DNA from: an uncultured Gammaproteobacteria bacterium
GTDB taxonomy: Bacteria > Pseudomonadota > Gammaproteobacteria > UBA9214
Reading direction: 5' to 3'
Length of the DNA stretch: 64,000 nucleotides
NCBI GenBank assembly: GCA_963827755.1
Contig: CAWHCQ010000004.1
Coordinates: forward strand, 64,001 to 128,000
This document shows, in pieces, positions 23,000-31,951 of the stretch. Below the pieces are notes generated by a model, which was given only the letters and a program-made list of their open reading frames with translations, did not search any database and was not told the DNA's origin. The translations under genes and the position numbers were made by a program. Position 1 is the stretch's first letter; each line of letters starts with the position of its first letter.

Positions 23000-23480
23000 A
23001 TGACGCCGAGGATAAATCCGCGGCTGTTGCTGCACCCCGTGGACTGCCTGGCGCTGGGATTTGGCAGCGGGCTGGTGCCGCGTGCCCCGGGGACCGCGGG
23101 GACGCTGGTTGCGATCCCGCTGTACCTGCTGCTGCAGACGCCTTTCGCTGAATCTCTATCTGCCGCTGGTCATCGGGCTGTTCCTGCTCGGAATCCCGAT
23201 TTGCGCCCACACCGCACGGCGTCTCGGTGTGCATGATCATCCCGGGATTGTCTGGGACGAAATTGTCGGTTACCTGGTGACCATGACCCTTGCACCCGCC
23301 GGGTTGGGTCTGGGTTGCCGCGGGATTTGTCCTGTTCAGGCTGTTCGATGTTATCAAACCCTGGCCGATCAGCTGGTGTGACCGGCGGGTACACGGTGGC
23401 TTCGGGATTATGCTGGATGATTTGCTGGCGGGTGTGATGGCGGCAGCAGTATTGCAATTGGTTGTTGTTTTATTTGTAGG
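23000..23480 (+). CDS. pgpA: phosphatidylglycerophosphatase A, apparent frameshifts (~23140, ~23300); 3' end uncertain
   Basis: GFGSGLVPRAPGTAGT, HDHPGIVWDEIVG, FRLFDVIKPWPI and GGFGIMLDD over three frames; the last frame reads on into the repeat element. Confidence 0.88.
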
Positions 23481-23501
23481 GGCGCCTTGCAGGCGCGATT
23501 A

Positions 23502-23803
23502 TTATTTGATGCGGGCTTTCGCTGGTCGCTCCCGGCATCCATGCCTCCCGCGACACTTGTACATCCATGTACATCGCGCACGGCGAGATACTTTTCTTTG
23601 CTCCGCCAAAGAAAAGTATCCAAAAGAAAGGCGGCCCGAAGGCTTGCCCGCTACTTGATCTACAAGCCCGCTTCGCAGGCTTGCCCATGCGCTTCTCGCG
23701 AAAACCGGCGCATGCGCAACTCGCAATCTCGCTGCGCTCGAAAGCTCAGACAGGGCGCATGCTTCATCCGGTTTTCACTGCGATGCTCGGCTGCGCCTAC
23801 GGG
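23502..23803 (+). repeat. structured dispersed repeat (MITE-like), copy 1; 254-bp core plus a 48-bp insert
   Basis: Reverse complement of 34837-35090 with about 4 substitutions by eye; internal hairpins such as ACTTTTCTTTG-CTCCGC-CAAAGAAAAGT. Confidence 0.9.
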
Positions 23804-24014
23804 AGTAGTTTAAAACCGTGGAATGTCCCGAATTGCTCGTATTCCGGTCGTTTAGCCTCTGCTTATATAATCAATGACTTAAAGGCGGGAGACGACCCAA
23901 AGACGACGTTTAGCGCTTGGTAATATAGATATTGCGGGCGTATATTGAAGTTTCCAGTTAAATAAATAAACAAGACTGGCAACAACTAATAATAGGTTTG
24001 CTGGAGAAATCACT

Positions 24015-24857
24015 ATGAAGAAGTCGCATTCATTAGCCTCGATAAGCGCCGCTATTATTATGTTCCTGTCAACAGCAACGTCTGCTGCGTTGATTGATCG
24101 CGGTGATGGCTTGATCTATGACAATGTACTGAATATCACCTGGCTGCAGAATTCATTCCTGGCTGCGAGTAATACGTTTGGTTTGCCGACTGGTGTGAGT
24201 CTGGGTACACATCCTTCCGACAGCAGCGGTTTTAATGGAATCATCTATTCCATAGGCACCATGAACTGGCCCGGCGCTCTGCACTGGATCGACGCCATGA
24301 ACGCTGACGGCGGCACGGGTTATAAGGGGTTTAACGACTGGCGTCTGCCGATAATGAGTCCCGTCAATGGCAGCAGTTTCAATACAACGTTGAGCAGCGA
24401 CGCCACGACTGATATGGGTACCGCCCCGACTACCACTGATGGGTCGGACGGTGGCTGGCGCGATGGCAGCAACAACCCGGTCTCAGAGATGGGACACATG
24501 TACTACGTGAACCTGGCCAACCTTGGATTGTGTGATCCAGCCGTACCTTATTGTACCTTCCAGACCGGCTGGGGTCTGAATAACACCAGCTTTGTCGATG
24601 CAGAGACCGGCCTGACGGTGTCGCTTGATATTAACCAGAGCGGTAGCGGCTACTGGTTCGGTACGGAGTTAAATTCCAGTACCGCGTGGGGCTTCGGCTT
24701 AAACGTTGGCAGTCAGGTCCAGGCCAGCGGCGATAAGGACTTCACCTCCGCCTATGTTTGGGCTGTGCGTCCCGGCGATGTGCCGATACCCGCCGCGGTG
24801 TGGCTGTTCGGCTCCGGCCTGCTGGGACTAGTAGGGATAGCTAGGAGGAAGTCATGA
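24015..24857 (+). CDS. DUF1566-like exported protein with a VPLPA-CTERM sorting signal
   Basis: Signal peptide, LIYDNVLNITWLQ and DWRLP motifs, C-terminal VPIPAAVWLFGSGLLGLVGIARRKS. Confidence 0.88.
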   Translation: MKKSHSLASISAAIIMFLSTATSAALIDRGDGLIYDNVLNITWLQNSFLAASNTFGLPTGVSLGTHPSDSSGFNGIIYSIGTMNWPGALHWIDAMNADGGTGYKGFNDWRLPIMSPVNGSSFNTTLSSDATTDMGTAPTTTDGSDGGWRDGSNNPVSEMGHMYYVNLANLGLCDPAVPYCTFQTGWGLNNTSFVDAETGLTVSLDINQSGSGYWFGTELNSSTAWGFGLNVGSQVQASGDKDFTSAYVWAVRPGDVPIPAAVWLFGSGLLGLVGIARRKS

Positions 24858-25513
24858 AGAAATCACGTCTGTTGGGTGCTGTGTGTGCATCCTTACTCCT
24901 CCTGTGCACCTCAGTGACGCAGGCAACAATCGTAATAATTGAACCTGATAATTATCTACCGGGGCAAGCTCTAACTAACGTGATTTCCGGAGTTACCTTG
25001 TCGGTTGCAAATGGGAGTGGAGTGCCTCAGTTAAATGACCAAGTTGAAGCTTTCCAAGGTAACTTTTCATCAACCGGAAGCTTGGTATTTGGGAGGCAGG
25101 TGGTACCTTTCATTCCCGATGATAACTGGTTTCTTACCGATATTTTCGTTCACTCAATCTTACGCGCTGACTTTAACGTGCCGGTAGATGCGGTTTCCAT
25201 TGATGTAATATCAGATACAACAGGGGATGAGGGAGCGCTGCTGGCCTACGATGCATCGGGTACACTGTTGGATACCGCCGTGGTCAGTCTTGGTAACCCC
25301 GGCACGTTTGCGACAGCTACCATTAGTCGCCCAACGGCAGACATTGCCTATATACTCGCTGGCGGCTATCCGGTTGTCTCTAGTCCGCCTTTTAACGTCG
25401 TTGCGCTCGACAATCTTCAATTCAATGTTATCCCCATCCCCCCAGCCCTCTACCTCTTCGGCTCCGGCCTACTTGGTCTAGTCGGTATGGCTAGGCGCAA
25501 AAAAGCGGCTTAA
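24854..25513 (+). CDS. exported protein with a VPLPA/PEP-CTERM sorting signal
   Basis: Signal peptide; C-terminal LDNLQFNVIPIPPALYLFGSGLLGLVGMARRKKAA. Confidence 0.88.
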   Translation: MKKSRLLGAVCASLLLLCTSVTQATIVIIEPDNYLPGQALTNVISGVTLSVANGSGVPQLNDQVEAFQGNFSSTGSLVFGRQVVPFIPDDNWFLTDIFVHSILRADFNVPVDAVSIDVISDTTGDEGALLAYDASGTLLDTAVVSLGNPGTFATATISRPTADIAYILAGGYPVVSSPPFNVVALDNLQFNVIPIPPALYLFGSGLLGLVGMARRKKAA

Positions 25514-25535
25514 CACTAAATAAGAATCAACAGGG

Positions 25536-25564
25536 ACGGCGGCTTCGGTCGCCGTATTATATTT
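25536..25564 (+). terminator. probable intrinsic terminator
   Basis: ACGGCGGC-TTCG-GTCGCCGT hairpin followed by an AT-rich tract, after the CTERM genes. Confidence 0.55.
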
Positions 25565-25750
25565 GCTAAAGGTCTGAAAGTGGCCGACTCCAGTCTTCGT
25601 CGGGCGTTGCAACAATTGGTGAGGGGCGAGCCAGGAACGGCAGGTTACCGACCGTACCCGGTCGTTTAGCAAATAACTATCTGATAATTTGCTAAAAGAC
25701 AGGAGCCGACCCTTTCCTGAAGTTCGGCGACTTGGATTGAATGTCTTGAA
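25560..25750. repeat. cluster of ~30-bp imperfect palindromes
   Basis: AAGGTCTG..TGGCCGA..CCAGTCTT, GAACGGCAGG..CCGGTCGTTT and AAGACAGG..CGACCC..CCTGAAGTT, with ATTTGCTAAA/TTTAGCAAAT inverted arms. Confidence 0.65.
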
Positions 25751-25835
25751 GAATAGTAATCAAGCCTAAAAGTAGTAAGAGTGATTGCTCGATAAGCTTG
25801 AGATTCAGGGAAAATGGCGTTAATTCAGCCTACAC

Positions 25836-26264
25836 TCAACCGCTAATATAGGTTTCAAGATTCTTGATCTTGAAGTCCTTCTCAACGATCAGATATTTGA
25901 CGACGTCACCGATCGACACAATGCCGCAGAGGCTGCCGTTGCAAAGTACCGGGAGATGGCGGATACGCTTTTCGGTTATCAGCTGCATGCAATCGTCCAG
26001 CGAGGTTTCCGGCGTGACGGTGGTCAGATCGGTTGACATGAGTTCCCTGACCTTGACCTTGTCGATTTTCTGCCCCTGAAGAACCACCTTCCGGATAACA
26101 TCGCGTTCGGAAACCATTCCGACAACCGCGCCGCCTTCCACCACCACCACTGTTCCCGCGGAAATATCTTCCATTTTTTCGATCGCATCCCGCACCGATG
26201 TGTCCGGGTCCACGGTCAAAACATCGCGTCCTTTGGAATCCAGCAAATTCAATACAGCACCCAT
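25836..26264 (-). CDS. CBS-domain protein
   Basis: Tandem CBS motifs GMVSERDVIRK and RIRHLPV...GIVSIGDVVK; GGAGG RBS. Confidence 0.93.
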   Translation of the reverse strand: MGAVLNLLDSKGRDVLTVDPDTSVRDAIEKMEDISAGTVVVVEGGAVVGMVSERDVIRKVVLQGQKIDKVKVRELMSTDLTTVTPETSLDDCMQLITEKRIRHLPVLCNGSLCGIVSIGDVVKYLIVEKDFKIKNLETYISG

Positions 26265-26416
26265 TACAACCTCCTTGATAATTTATTGATAAACCCCATA
26301 CTTATATTCAGTATATCTGCAAGAACACAAACCTCAAGCCAATCAGTTAATTTATACATAATCCGAAGTATGACATTTTTGAAAAGATATGTAGTCCGTC
26401 TTTAGGCGAACCTGGG

Positions 26417-26580
26417 GGCTTCTACCCCAGCTGCCGGGCACGTCGTATGGCAGAAAGTGCCGCCTTGCTGGTAGATGAAGTATTGCCACATGAGCCCATG
26501 CGCCAATGGGTATTCAGCGTGCCGTTTCCTCTCAGGTTCCTGTTTGCCAGCCAACCCAAAATCATGGGCAAGGCGCTGGA
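26417..26580 (+). pseudogene. IS91/ISCR-family transposase N-terminal remnant
   Basis: GFYPSCRARRMAESAALLVDEVLPHEPMRQWVFSVPFPLRFLFASQPKIMGKAL matches the recalled ISCR segment GFCPSCGARRMAESAALLVDEV.P..PMRQWVLS.PF.LRFLFA; truncated at both ends. Confidence 0.85.
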
Positions 26581-26691
26581 GCAACAATCCGCTGAAATAA
26601 AAACGCCGGAGCAGAACACAGAGGTCGGGCTAAAACCCGCCGGTTATGCGTAAAAGCATTAAAAGAATACAGTACCCTTTAAGCACGACGT

Positions 26692-26832
26692 GAACATCCG
26701 GTTTCGCAGGAAGCTGACGTTCGCGAGTAGGGTGGTGTATGACGTGTATCCGAACTCGGACGTTCAGAAAACCAATTCCAGAGTTTCCTCTGGCCGCTTG
26801 GTGATACTAAATGCCATCTGCATGCTGACGTG
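26692..26832. repeat. cluster of ~30-bp imperfect palindromes
   Basis: GAACATCCGGTTTCGCAGGAAGCTGACGTTC (26692-26722) and TATGACGTGTATCCGAACTCGGACGTTCAG (26738-26767). Confidence 0.6.
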
Positions 26833-26913
26833 GCCTGCTCCCTGATTTTGTACTACAGTAGCAACTGATTTTCGGACTGCCGCTATATCCATCTATTGAC
26901 GTTCGCCCAAGTC

Positions 26914-27756
26914 ATGCTCAGGCAAAGCTATCTTCTTATTGCGATTCTATGTCTCGGCGTTTTCGCCGGATACTATCTGTTGCGTGTTGTTTCACCACAA
27001 CCGGGTAGTCCAAATGCCGAAGCACCACAGGGTACGTTGGAGTTCGACCGAGAGTATAAAGACTATACGGATGTTACGCTTACCCGATTGCAGCAGCGAC
27101 TCGAGCAAGCAGAGCAGGAGCGGGTATGGCTGGCCGAACGAATTGCAGCACTGGAGGCGGTGACAGGGAAACCCGAGACGTATCCTGACACCGGAACCGG
27201 GACACCGGCAACTGAGGCAAACGAGGTAATGGAATCCACTGCACCACCACCGACCTTTCGCACCAGCGTCGAAGCCCTGATCGAGACCGGTATCCCGGAG
27301 GAGCAGGCGGCCCGCATCCAAGCGTATCTTGATGAGTATGACCTGAAGCAGTTGTATCTGCAGGACCTCGCCAGCCGCGAGGGCTGGCTCAATACCGCCC
27401 GCTACCGCAAGGAACAGAGCGAGACCCGGAATGCCTACCAGGATTTACGCTCGGAGATCGGGGACGATGCCTACGATCGCATGCTCTATGCCCTTGGACG
27501 GACCAACCGGGTCGTAGTGCGCGACATCATGCAGAACTCGACCGCTGAGCAATACGACCTGCGGGCAAACGACCGGATCATCGAGTATGACGGCCAGCGG
27601 GTGTTCACTGGCCAGGAACTGAACACGCTGGTCACCCAAGGGACTGCCGGTGCGCCAGTGCTATTGCGGGTGCAGCGGGATGAACAGCAACTCGAGTTCT
27701 ACCTCCCACAGGGGCCGATTGGCATCAGGCTGGCCACCAGCCGAGAACAACCCTAG
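26914..27756 (+). CDS. membrane-anchored PDZ-domain protein
   Basis: N-terminal TM helix, coiled coil, C-terminal PDZ-like segment (NSTAEQYDLRANDRIIEYDGQRV...GPIGIRL). Confidence 0.8.
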   Translation: MLRQSYLLIAILCLGVFAGYYLLRVVSPQPGSPNAEAPQGTLEFDREYKDYTDVTLTRLQQRLEQAEQERVWLAERIAALEAVTGKPETYPDTGTGTPATEANEVMESTAPPPTFRTSVEALIETGIPEEQAARIQAYLDEYDLKQLYLQDLASREGWLNTARYRKEQSETRNAYQDLRSEIGDDAYDRMLYALGRTNRVVVRDIMQNSTAEQYDLRANDRIIEYDGQRVFTGQELNTLVTQGTAGAPVLLRVQRDEQQLEFYLPQGPIGIRLATSREQP

Positions 27757-27795
27757 ATAAGGTTGGAGGGAGTGAAACTACAGCATTAGTAACAA

Positions 27796-27819
27796 GGCTC
27801 CTTCAGGAGCCGTTTTTTC
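27796..27819 (+). terminator. intrinsic terminator
   Basis: GGCTCCT-TC-AGGAGCC hairpin followed by GTTTTTT. Confidence 0.75.
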
Positions 27820-27823
27820 TTTG

Positions 27824-27980
27824 GGATTGAATGTCCGAGTTTAGCACTGCATCTCGGAAGTTCGCATGAATTTGGGGAATGACAGGTTCTGGCCGATCCC
27901 GGTAGTACAGTAATCATCCCCAGAGAGATGACTGGCATCTGCTGAACGACCGATTCTGCCCCGATTCAGGTCGTTCCAGG
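27824..27980. repeat. cluster of ~30-bp imperfect palindromes
   Basis: GAATGTCCGAG..CTCGGAAGTTC, GAATGACAGGTTCTGGCCGATCCCGGTAGTAC and TGAACGACCGATTCTGCCCCGATTCAGGTCGTTC. Confidence 0.65.
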
Positions 27981-28124
27981 TAGACGCTTACAACGCCGTA
28001 ATCCCAGTTGTGTTCAGTCCTTTCAGAAGCTGTTGAACCGATCCGAAGACAACTTCGTAAACAACATTGTATGCTGGATACTCTTATATCCAATATAGTG
28101 CTAGATGGTTTGATGGATTAGTTC

Positions 28125-28985
28125 ATGGTACACACAACCGGAAGTCTGCTACAACCAAGTTCCTGGCGCATCGCGGCGGCGCTCTTGCCGGGTCTGCTGG
28201 TGGGGGGGCTCATGTTGGCGAACGGTCCAATCCCGCAACCCCTGAGCTATCACGACTTTGCCGATACCCGAGTTTTGCTTGGTATCCCCCACGCCGGAAA
28301 TGTGTTGACGAATCTGGCTTTTTTCATCGTCGGCGGGTGGGGGTTGTGGTTTCTCGCGCAACCAAATTCTTCAGGACGATCTTTCATCGATGGCCGCGAG
28401 CGCCGACTTTTCCGGTATTTCTTCACGGGTGTGTTTCTTACAGCTTTCGGTTCCGGCTGGTATCACCTGGAACCGGACAATTACAGCTTGGTCTGGGATC
28501 GCCTGCCGATGGCAGTGGCTTTCATGAGCATCTTCGCGGTCATGATCGCTGAACGCGTGAAGTTGAATATTGGCGTCGCCTTGTTAGGGCCACTGGTGGC
28601 AATTGGAGTGGCAAGCGTGCTGTGGTGGATCTGGACAGAGCATGCGGGTCAGGGGGATCTGCGTTGGTATTTGATGGTGCAGTTCTACCCCACCCTTACC
28701 ATTGCGCTGATGCTTCTGTTACTGCCCACGCCATACACAAGAGGCAACGACTATTGGGGACTGTTTTTATTTTACGCGGCGGCCAAGGTCGTGGAAGTAC
28801 TCGACCACGAGATATTCAACTTGTCCCAGGGTTTGGTTAGTGGCCACAATCTAAAACACCTGTTCGCAGCAGCTGGTGCTGCGTGGCTCTTGCGGATGCT
28901 CTGGTTGCGCCAGGCACGCCGTCCCCTGATACACCGGGGAAGCGTCCTTGCTACAGCTGAAGTATTCAGCCCGGAGGAGGAGTGA
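28125..28985 (+). CDS. alkaline ceramidase-like (CREST family) membrane hydrolase
   Basis: PIPQPLSYHDFADTR, NVLTNLAF, GSGWYH, WDRLPM and SGHNLKH motifs. Confidence 0.88.
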   Translation: MVHTTGSLLQPSSWRIAAALLPGLLVGGLMLANGPIPQPLSYHDFADTRVLLGIPHAGNVLTNLAFFIVGGWGLWFLAQPNSSGRSFIDGRERRLFRYFFTGVFLTAFGSGWYHLEPDNYSLVWDRLPMAVAFMSIFAVMIAERVKLNIGVALLGPLVAIGVASVLWWIWTEHAGQGDLRWYLMVQFYPTLTIALMLLLLPTPYTRGNDYWGLFLFYAAAKVVEVLDHEIFNLSQGLVSGHNLKHLFAAAGAAWLLRMLWLRQARRPLIHRGSVLATAEVFSPEEE

Positions 28986-29027
28986 CGCCAAAATTCCAAA
29001 ATTTGGCCCATACTTAAATCCGGTGAC

Positions 29028-29212
29028 CAATGTCACCTTTCTTGCATAGTTGCCGTTGAGGGTTTTTGGCGAGAAGGCGGCAACGGGTCTGTTCCCGCTT
29101 TTTAACAGCGGCTAATATTGGAAATGGCTAAACGGTGACTATCGACCCAATATAGCGGAAGTACAGCAAATTGAATTGTATGTCCGAGATTGCGGCGAAA
29201 GCTGACGTTAGC
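29028..29212. repeat. cluster of ~30-bp imperfect palindromes
   Basis: CAATGTCACCTTTCTTGCATAGTTGCCGTTG, AAGGCGGCAACGGGTC.., AAACGGTGACTATCGACCC..GCGGAAGT and TATGTCCGAGATTGCGGCGAAAGCTGACGTTA. Confidence 0.65.
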
Positions 29213-29273
29213 ACCCAAGTTCACATTTCCCTATCAGCAAATTTCGATTGTTCGCGAACAGATTTATTGAACG

Positions 29274-29669
29274 CTAATTATTTCTCGCCCCCTGCTTCAC
29301 CCACAAATGCAGAATCTCAATCTCATGTTCTGTTATGGGCTTGTGTGTATTTTTCAATTTAAGAGACAAATTACCGGCACGACCCTCGACCAGCATATTA
29401 AGGGGGCTCGTTTTACTATTACCCGGTACAATCACAGGCCCATATATCGATCCCTCCATGAGGGCCTCATAACTATCCATTTCTAGTCCCGTCTTTCTAT
29501 AACCCCCACCGTTGGGCGGTGTATGGCAATCTATGCATTTATCCACAAATATAGGGTGCACATCTCGTTGATAGCTAATCTGCGGTGTGGTTGTACAACC
29601 TGAAGAATAAAGAGAGGTTAGGAGTGTAGTTATAAAACTAACGGTGTATGTATAGTTCATTGGTCTCAT
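29274..29669 (-). CDS. small monoheme c-type cytochrome (planctomycete cytochrome c-like), probable lipoprotein
   Basis: SYQRDVHPIFVDKCIDCH (CxxCH), GPVIVPGNS and WVKQGA; SSGC lipobox-like. Confidence 0.85.
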   Translation of the reverse strand: MRPMNYTYTVSFITTLLTSLYSSGCTTTPQISYQRDVHPIFVDKCIDCHTPPNGGGYRKTGLEMDSYEALMEGSIYGPVIVPGNSKTSPLNMLVEGRAGNLSLKLKNTHKPITEHEIEILHLWVKQGARNN

Positions 29670-29680
29670 AGGGCATTACG

Positions 29681-30412
29681 TCAATCAGCCAACACAATTT
29701 GGGAAAGATCACTTATGCAATCCTTTCCTTCTTTTAAAAGCTTTTTCAAAAGTCTCGGATCATGCTCCATATCCAATTCTAACGTGATCATCGCATGGCA
29801 CTCGATTCTTTTGAAAGAGGCTAAAGTATCATTTTTCATCCGTTCTTTCATGATGTTAACGCCAATGACAGGAGGAACGAAAAAATTCGGCTTCATACTT
29901 GATTCATGAAGCACCCGGGTACGTGCCCCCTGAGGGTGTATTTCCCAGGTGGAAAAGCCCGATTCAAAGCTGCTGAGTTCCGGAATGGTTTTTATTGTAA
30001 TGAGTTCTTCCCCAGCCTCTACAATATCCCCGACCCAGTCAATTGTAATGTGGAACGGTCCTATCAAGTGCACAGAATGATTCCGCACCCTAATCACTTC
30101 ATCACGATCAGAAGGAAGCATCTCGATTTCGGTAATAGCTGGATTTATTCGATAGCCATGCTTGTAATCAGTTATTACCTCATATACGTAATCCTTAGGC
30201 GCATCGAGTATATATACAACCCGCAGGCGGTACTCACCATTCGCCTCTATTACGGACAGTTCTTCAAGCTCACCAGCAGTGGAAATAGCATTGAATAGTA
30301 GCAAAGCAGACAGGGTGCATATCCAGGTCACTGAGGTGCATAGCATTGAATGCCGCGACTCAGCTTGCCTGAGAAATAATGCCATCAACTGCTGCATTAT
30401 CGTCATCATCAA
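29681..30412 (-). CDS. SRPBCC/START-fold exported protein
   Basis: LDAPKDYVYEVITDY, WEIHPQGARTRV and PNFFVPPVIG patterns; start uncertain. Confidence 0.65.
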   Translation of the reverse strand: MMMTIMQQLMALFLRQAESRHSMLCTSVTWICTLSALLLFNAISTAGELEELSVIEANGEYRLRVVYILDAPKDYVYEVITDYKHGYRINPAITEIEMLPSDRDEVIRVRNHSVHLIGPFHITIDWVGDIVEAGEELITIKTIPELSSFESGFSTWEIHPQGARTRVLHESSMKPNFFVPPVIGVNIMKERMKNDTLASFKRIECHAMITLELDMEHDPRLLKKLLKEGKDCISDLSQIVLAD

Positions 30413-30534
30413 GGGGTAATCATCCTGTGTTACTTTAAGGAAGTTTGTTGGCTGTCGATGAGGAGAAAATGGAGACTATCCTACTGCTCCGTCGTGAAAG
30501 GGAATCAGAGGAGTTGTATCTCGAGATAATGAAA

Positions 30535-30849
30535 TTAACTTATAAGCGTTTCATTGGAATTACTTTCTCCCCTGTTGTCAATCCAGATGACCTTGATCGT
30601 GTCACCAATCTTGCCATCCAGCAGCCAGAACGACAGATAGGGAGTTTCCGCTATACCTTTTCCCCAATTGGCAGACATAACGACCCTTCCATTATGTTCA
30701 CAGAGAATTCTCTGAATATAGTGCTCCGGTATAAGTATGCCCGTTAGTTTATCCTTACGCCGGCCTGTTTCCATTGGGTGATTGAACAGCATCTTGATTT
30801 GATGCTGTCCTTTTTTCAGTCGGGCTTTAATTTTAACTGAGTTAGTCAT
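30535..30849 (-). CDS. soxZ: thiosulfate oxidation carrier SoxZ
   Basis: HPMETGRRKD, IPEHYIQ, PYLSF, GDTIKVIWIDNRGE; AGAGGA RBS before ATG 30849. Confidence 0.92.
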   Translation of the reverse strand: MTNSVKIKARLKKGQHQIKMLFNHPMETGRRKDKLTGILIPEHYIQRILCEHNGRVVMSANWGKGIAETPYLSFWLLDGKIGDTIKVIWIDNRGESNSNETLIS

Positions 30850-30875
30850 ATCCTCTGTAACCTGGGTGCTGTTAG

Positions 30876-31343
30876 TCAACCGCCACAGCCTCCGGCTGTT
30901 ATCTTGGTTTTCTTCCTTGCACTGTATAACCTGCCATCAGCCTTTACTATGACTACAACATGGGTTGTTTCAGCCAGCCTAATACGTGTGTTCAAGCGGT
31001 TGGCTATCATGTCGGTCATTTCGAAGCTGGCCAATAGTGGAATGGGATTCTTTTCAGAAAACAGACTAATCGATTCAACATTATCGAACCCGTCTGCTCG
31101 AACATTTATTGGTACGTTGGCAGCGTTCTCGGAAACCTCGCCTAACTCGATCTCGATGAGTTCACTTGGTTCTGCATCGGAAGCACCCAAAAGTCTGGTC
31201 ATTGCATCCTGTAAGGACTCGGTAGTAAAGGCAGTCTCCGGCCATGTGGCGATGACTTCCCGCGGTATCAGAAGCCCCTTGCTCGCCGCTAATAGGGGCG
31301 CACCTGATGCCAGAGCAGAAATTAGAAAGAGCCGTCGTTTCAT
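30876..31343 (-). CDS. soxY: thiosulfate oxidation carrier SoxY (Tat-exported)
   Basis: MKRRLFL twin-arginine signal and C-terminal GGCGG swinging arm. Confidence 0.93.
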   Translation of the reverse strand: MKRRLFLISALASGAPLLAASKGLLIPREVIATWPETAFTTESLQDAMTRLLGASDAEPSELIEIELGEVSENAANVPINVRADGFDNVESISLFSEKNPIPLLASFEMTDMIANRLNTRIRLAETTHVVVIVKADGRLYSARKKTKITAGGCGG

Positions 31344-31400
31344 TCGCTAACCCTATGGTTATTAAATACAGGACAGTAAGTACAATCTATGTACTGTTAC

Positions 31401-31745
31401 TCAGCAACCATCACCCTCGACCATAACTTCACCGGTTACATTGTCATGCTTGGCGTTGCCTTCATCATCGGTGACGATTGTCCTGACAAACATCATTGAT
31501 TCAATGCGGTCAAACTGGGTATCCATTGCCTTCGCGATCTGCTTATCAGTCAACCCATCATAGATCATGATGCGACCGCGCTGTTCCAGCTTTAGTTGAT
31601 TATCCGGCGGGTTGAACAGCAGCTTTTCCTGCCAGTCTCCGGCGGCGGCCGGTGGTACGGCAGTACATCCGGCAGTACACAGTAGTGTGGTGATGCCAGT
31701 AGCCAGTACCAGCGTCTGCAGGGTATGAGTCAGAGTGTTTTTCAT
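31401..31745 (-). CDS. hypothetical lipoprotein ending in EGDGC
   Basis: TAGC lipobox-like motif, GGAG RBS, co-oriented upstream of soxY. Confidence 0.8.
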   Translation of the reverse strand: MKNTLTHTLQTLVLATGITTLLCTAGCTAVPPAAAGDWQEKLLFNPPDNQLKLEQRGRIMIYDGLTDKQIAKAMDTQFDRIESMMFVRTIVTDDEGNAKHDNVTGEVMVEGDGC

Positions 31746-31895
31746 GTCACTCCGACTATGATCAGTTTATGGTTAATCGAAAACATTGTAGACACCCTTA
31801 AATTGTTTGTTAGTGTATATATATTCAAGCTTTTAGCTTGTTCGAGAATCAATGGTGTCAGCAAACTCAGCGTACACCGCCAACCCGCCCCGCGC

Positions 31896-31937
31896 ATCGG
31901 GGCGCTCCCCCATTTTAGGGGTGGGGGATTCCCCCAT
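31896..31937. promoter_or_regulatory. tandem palindromic operator-like sites
   Basis: ATCGGGGCGCTCCCCCAT (31896-31913) and GTGGGGGATTCCCCCAT (31921-31937); a third copy at 32446-32462. Confidence 0.5.
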
Positions 31938-31951
31938 GGCAGCCAATGCGA

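Noticed and set aside
23290-23923. ORFs overlapping the 254-bp repeat (also 34800-35100)
   Set aside because: Spurious translations of a palindromic repeat; the same peptide appears at both copies
26351-26378. dif/pdif-like site TTTATACATAA-TCCGAA-GTATGACATTT
   Set aside because: The 11-6-11 geometry is suggestive, but both arms deviate substantially from XerC/XerD consensus and no partner site was found
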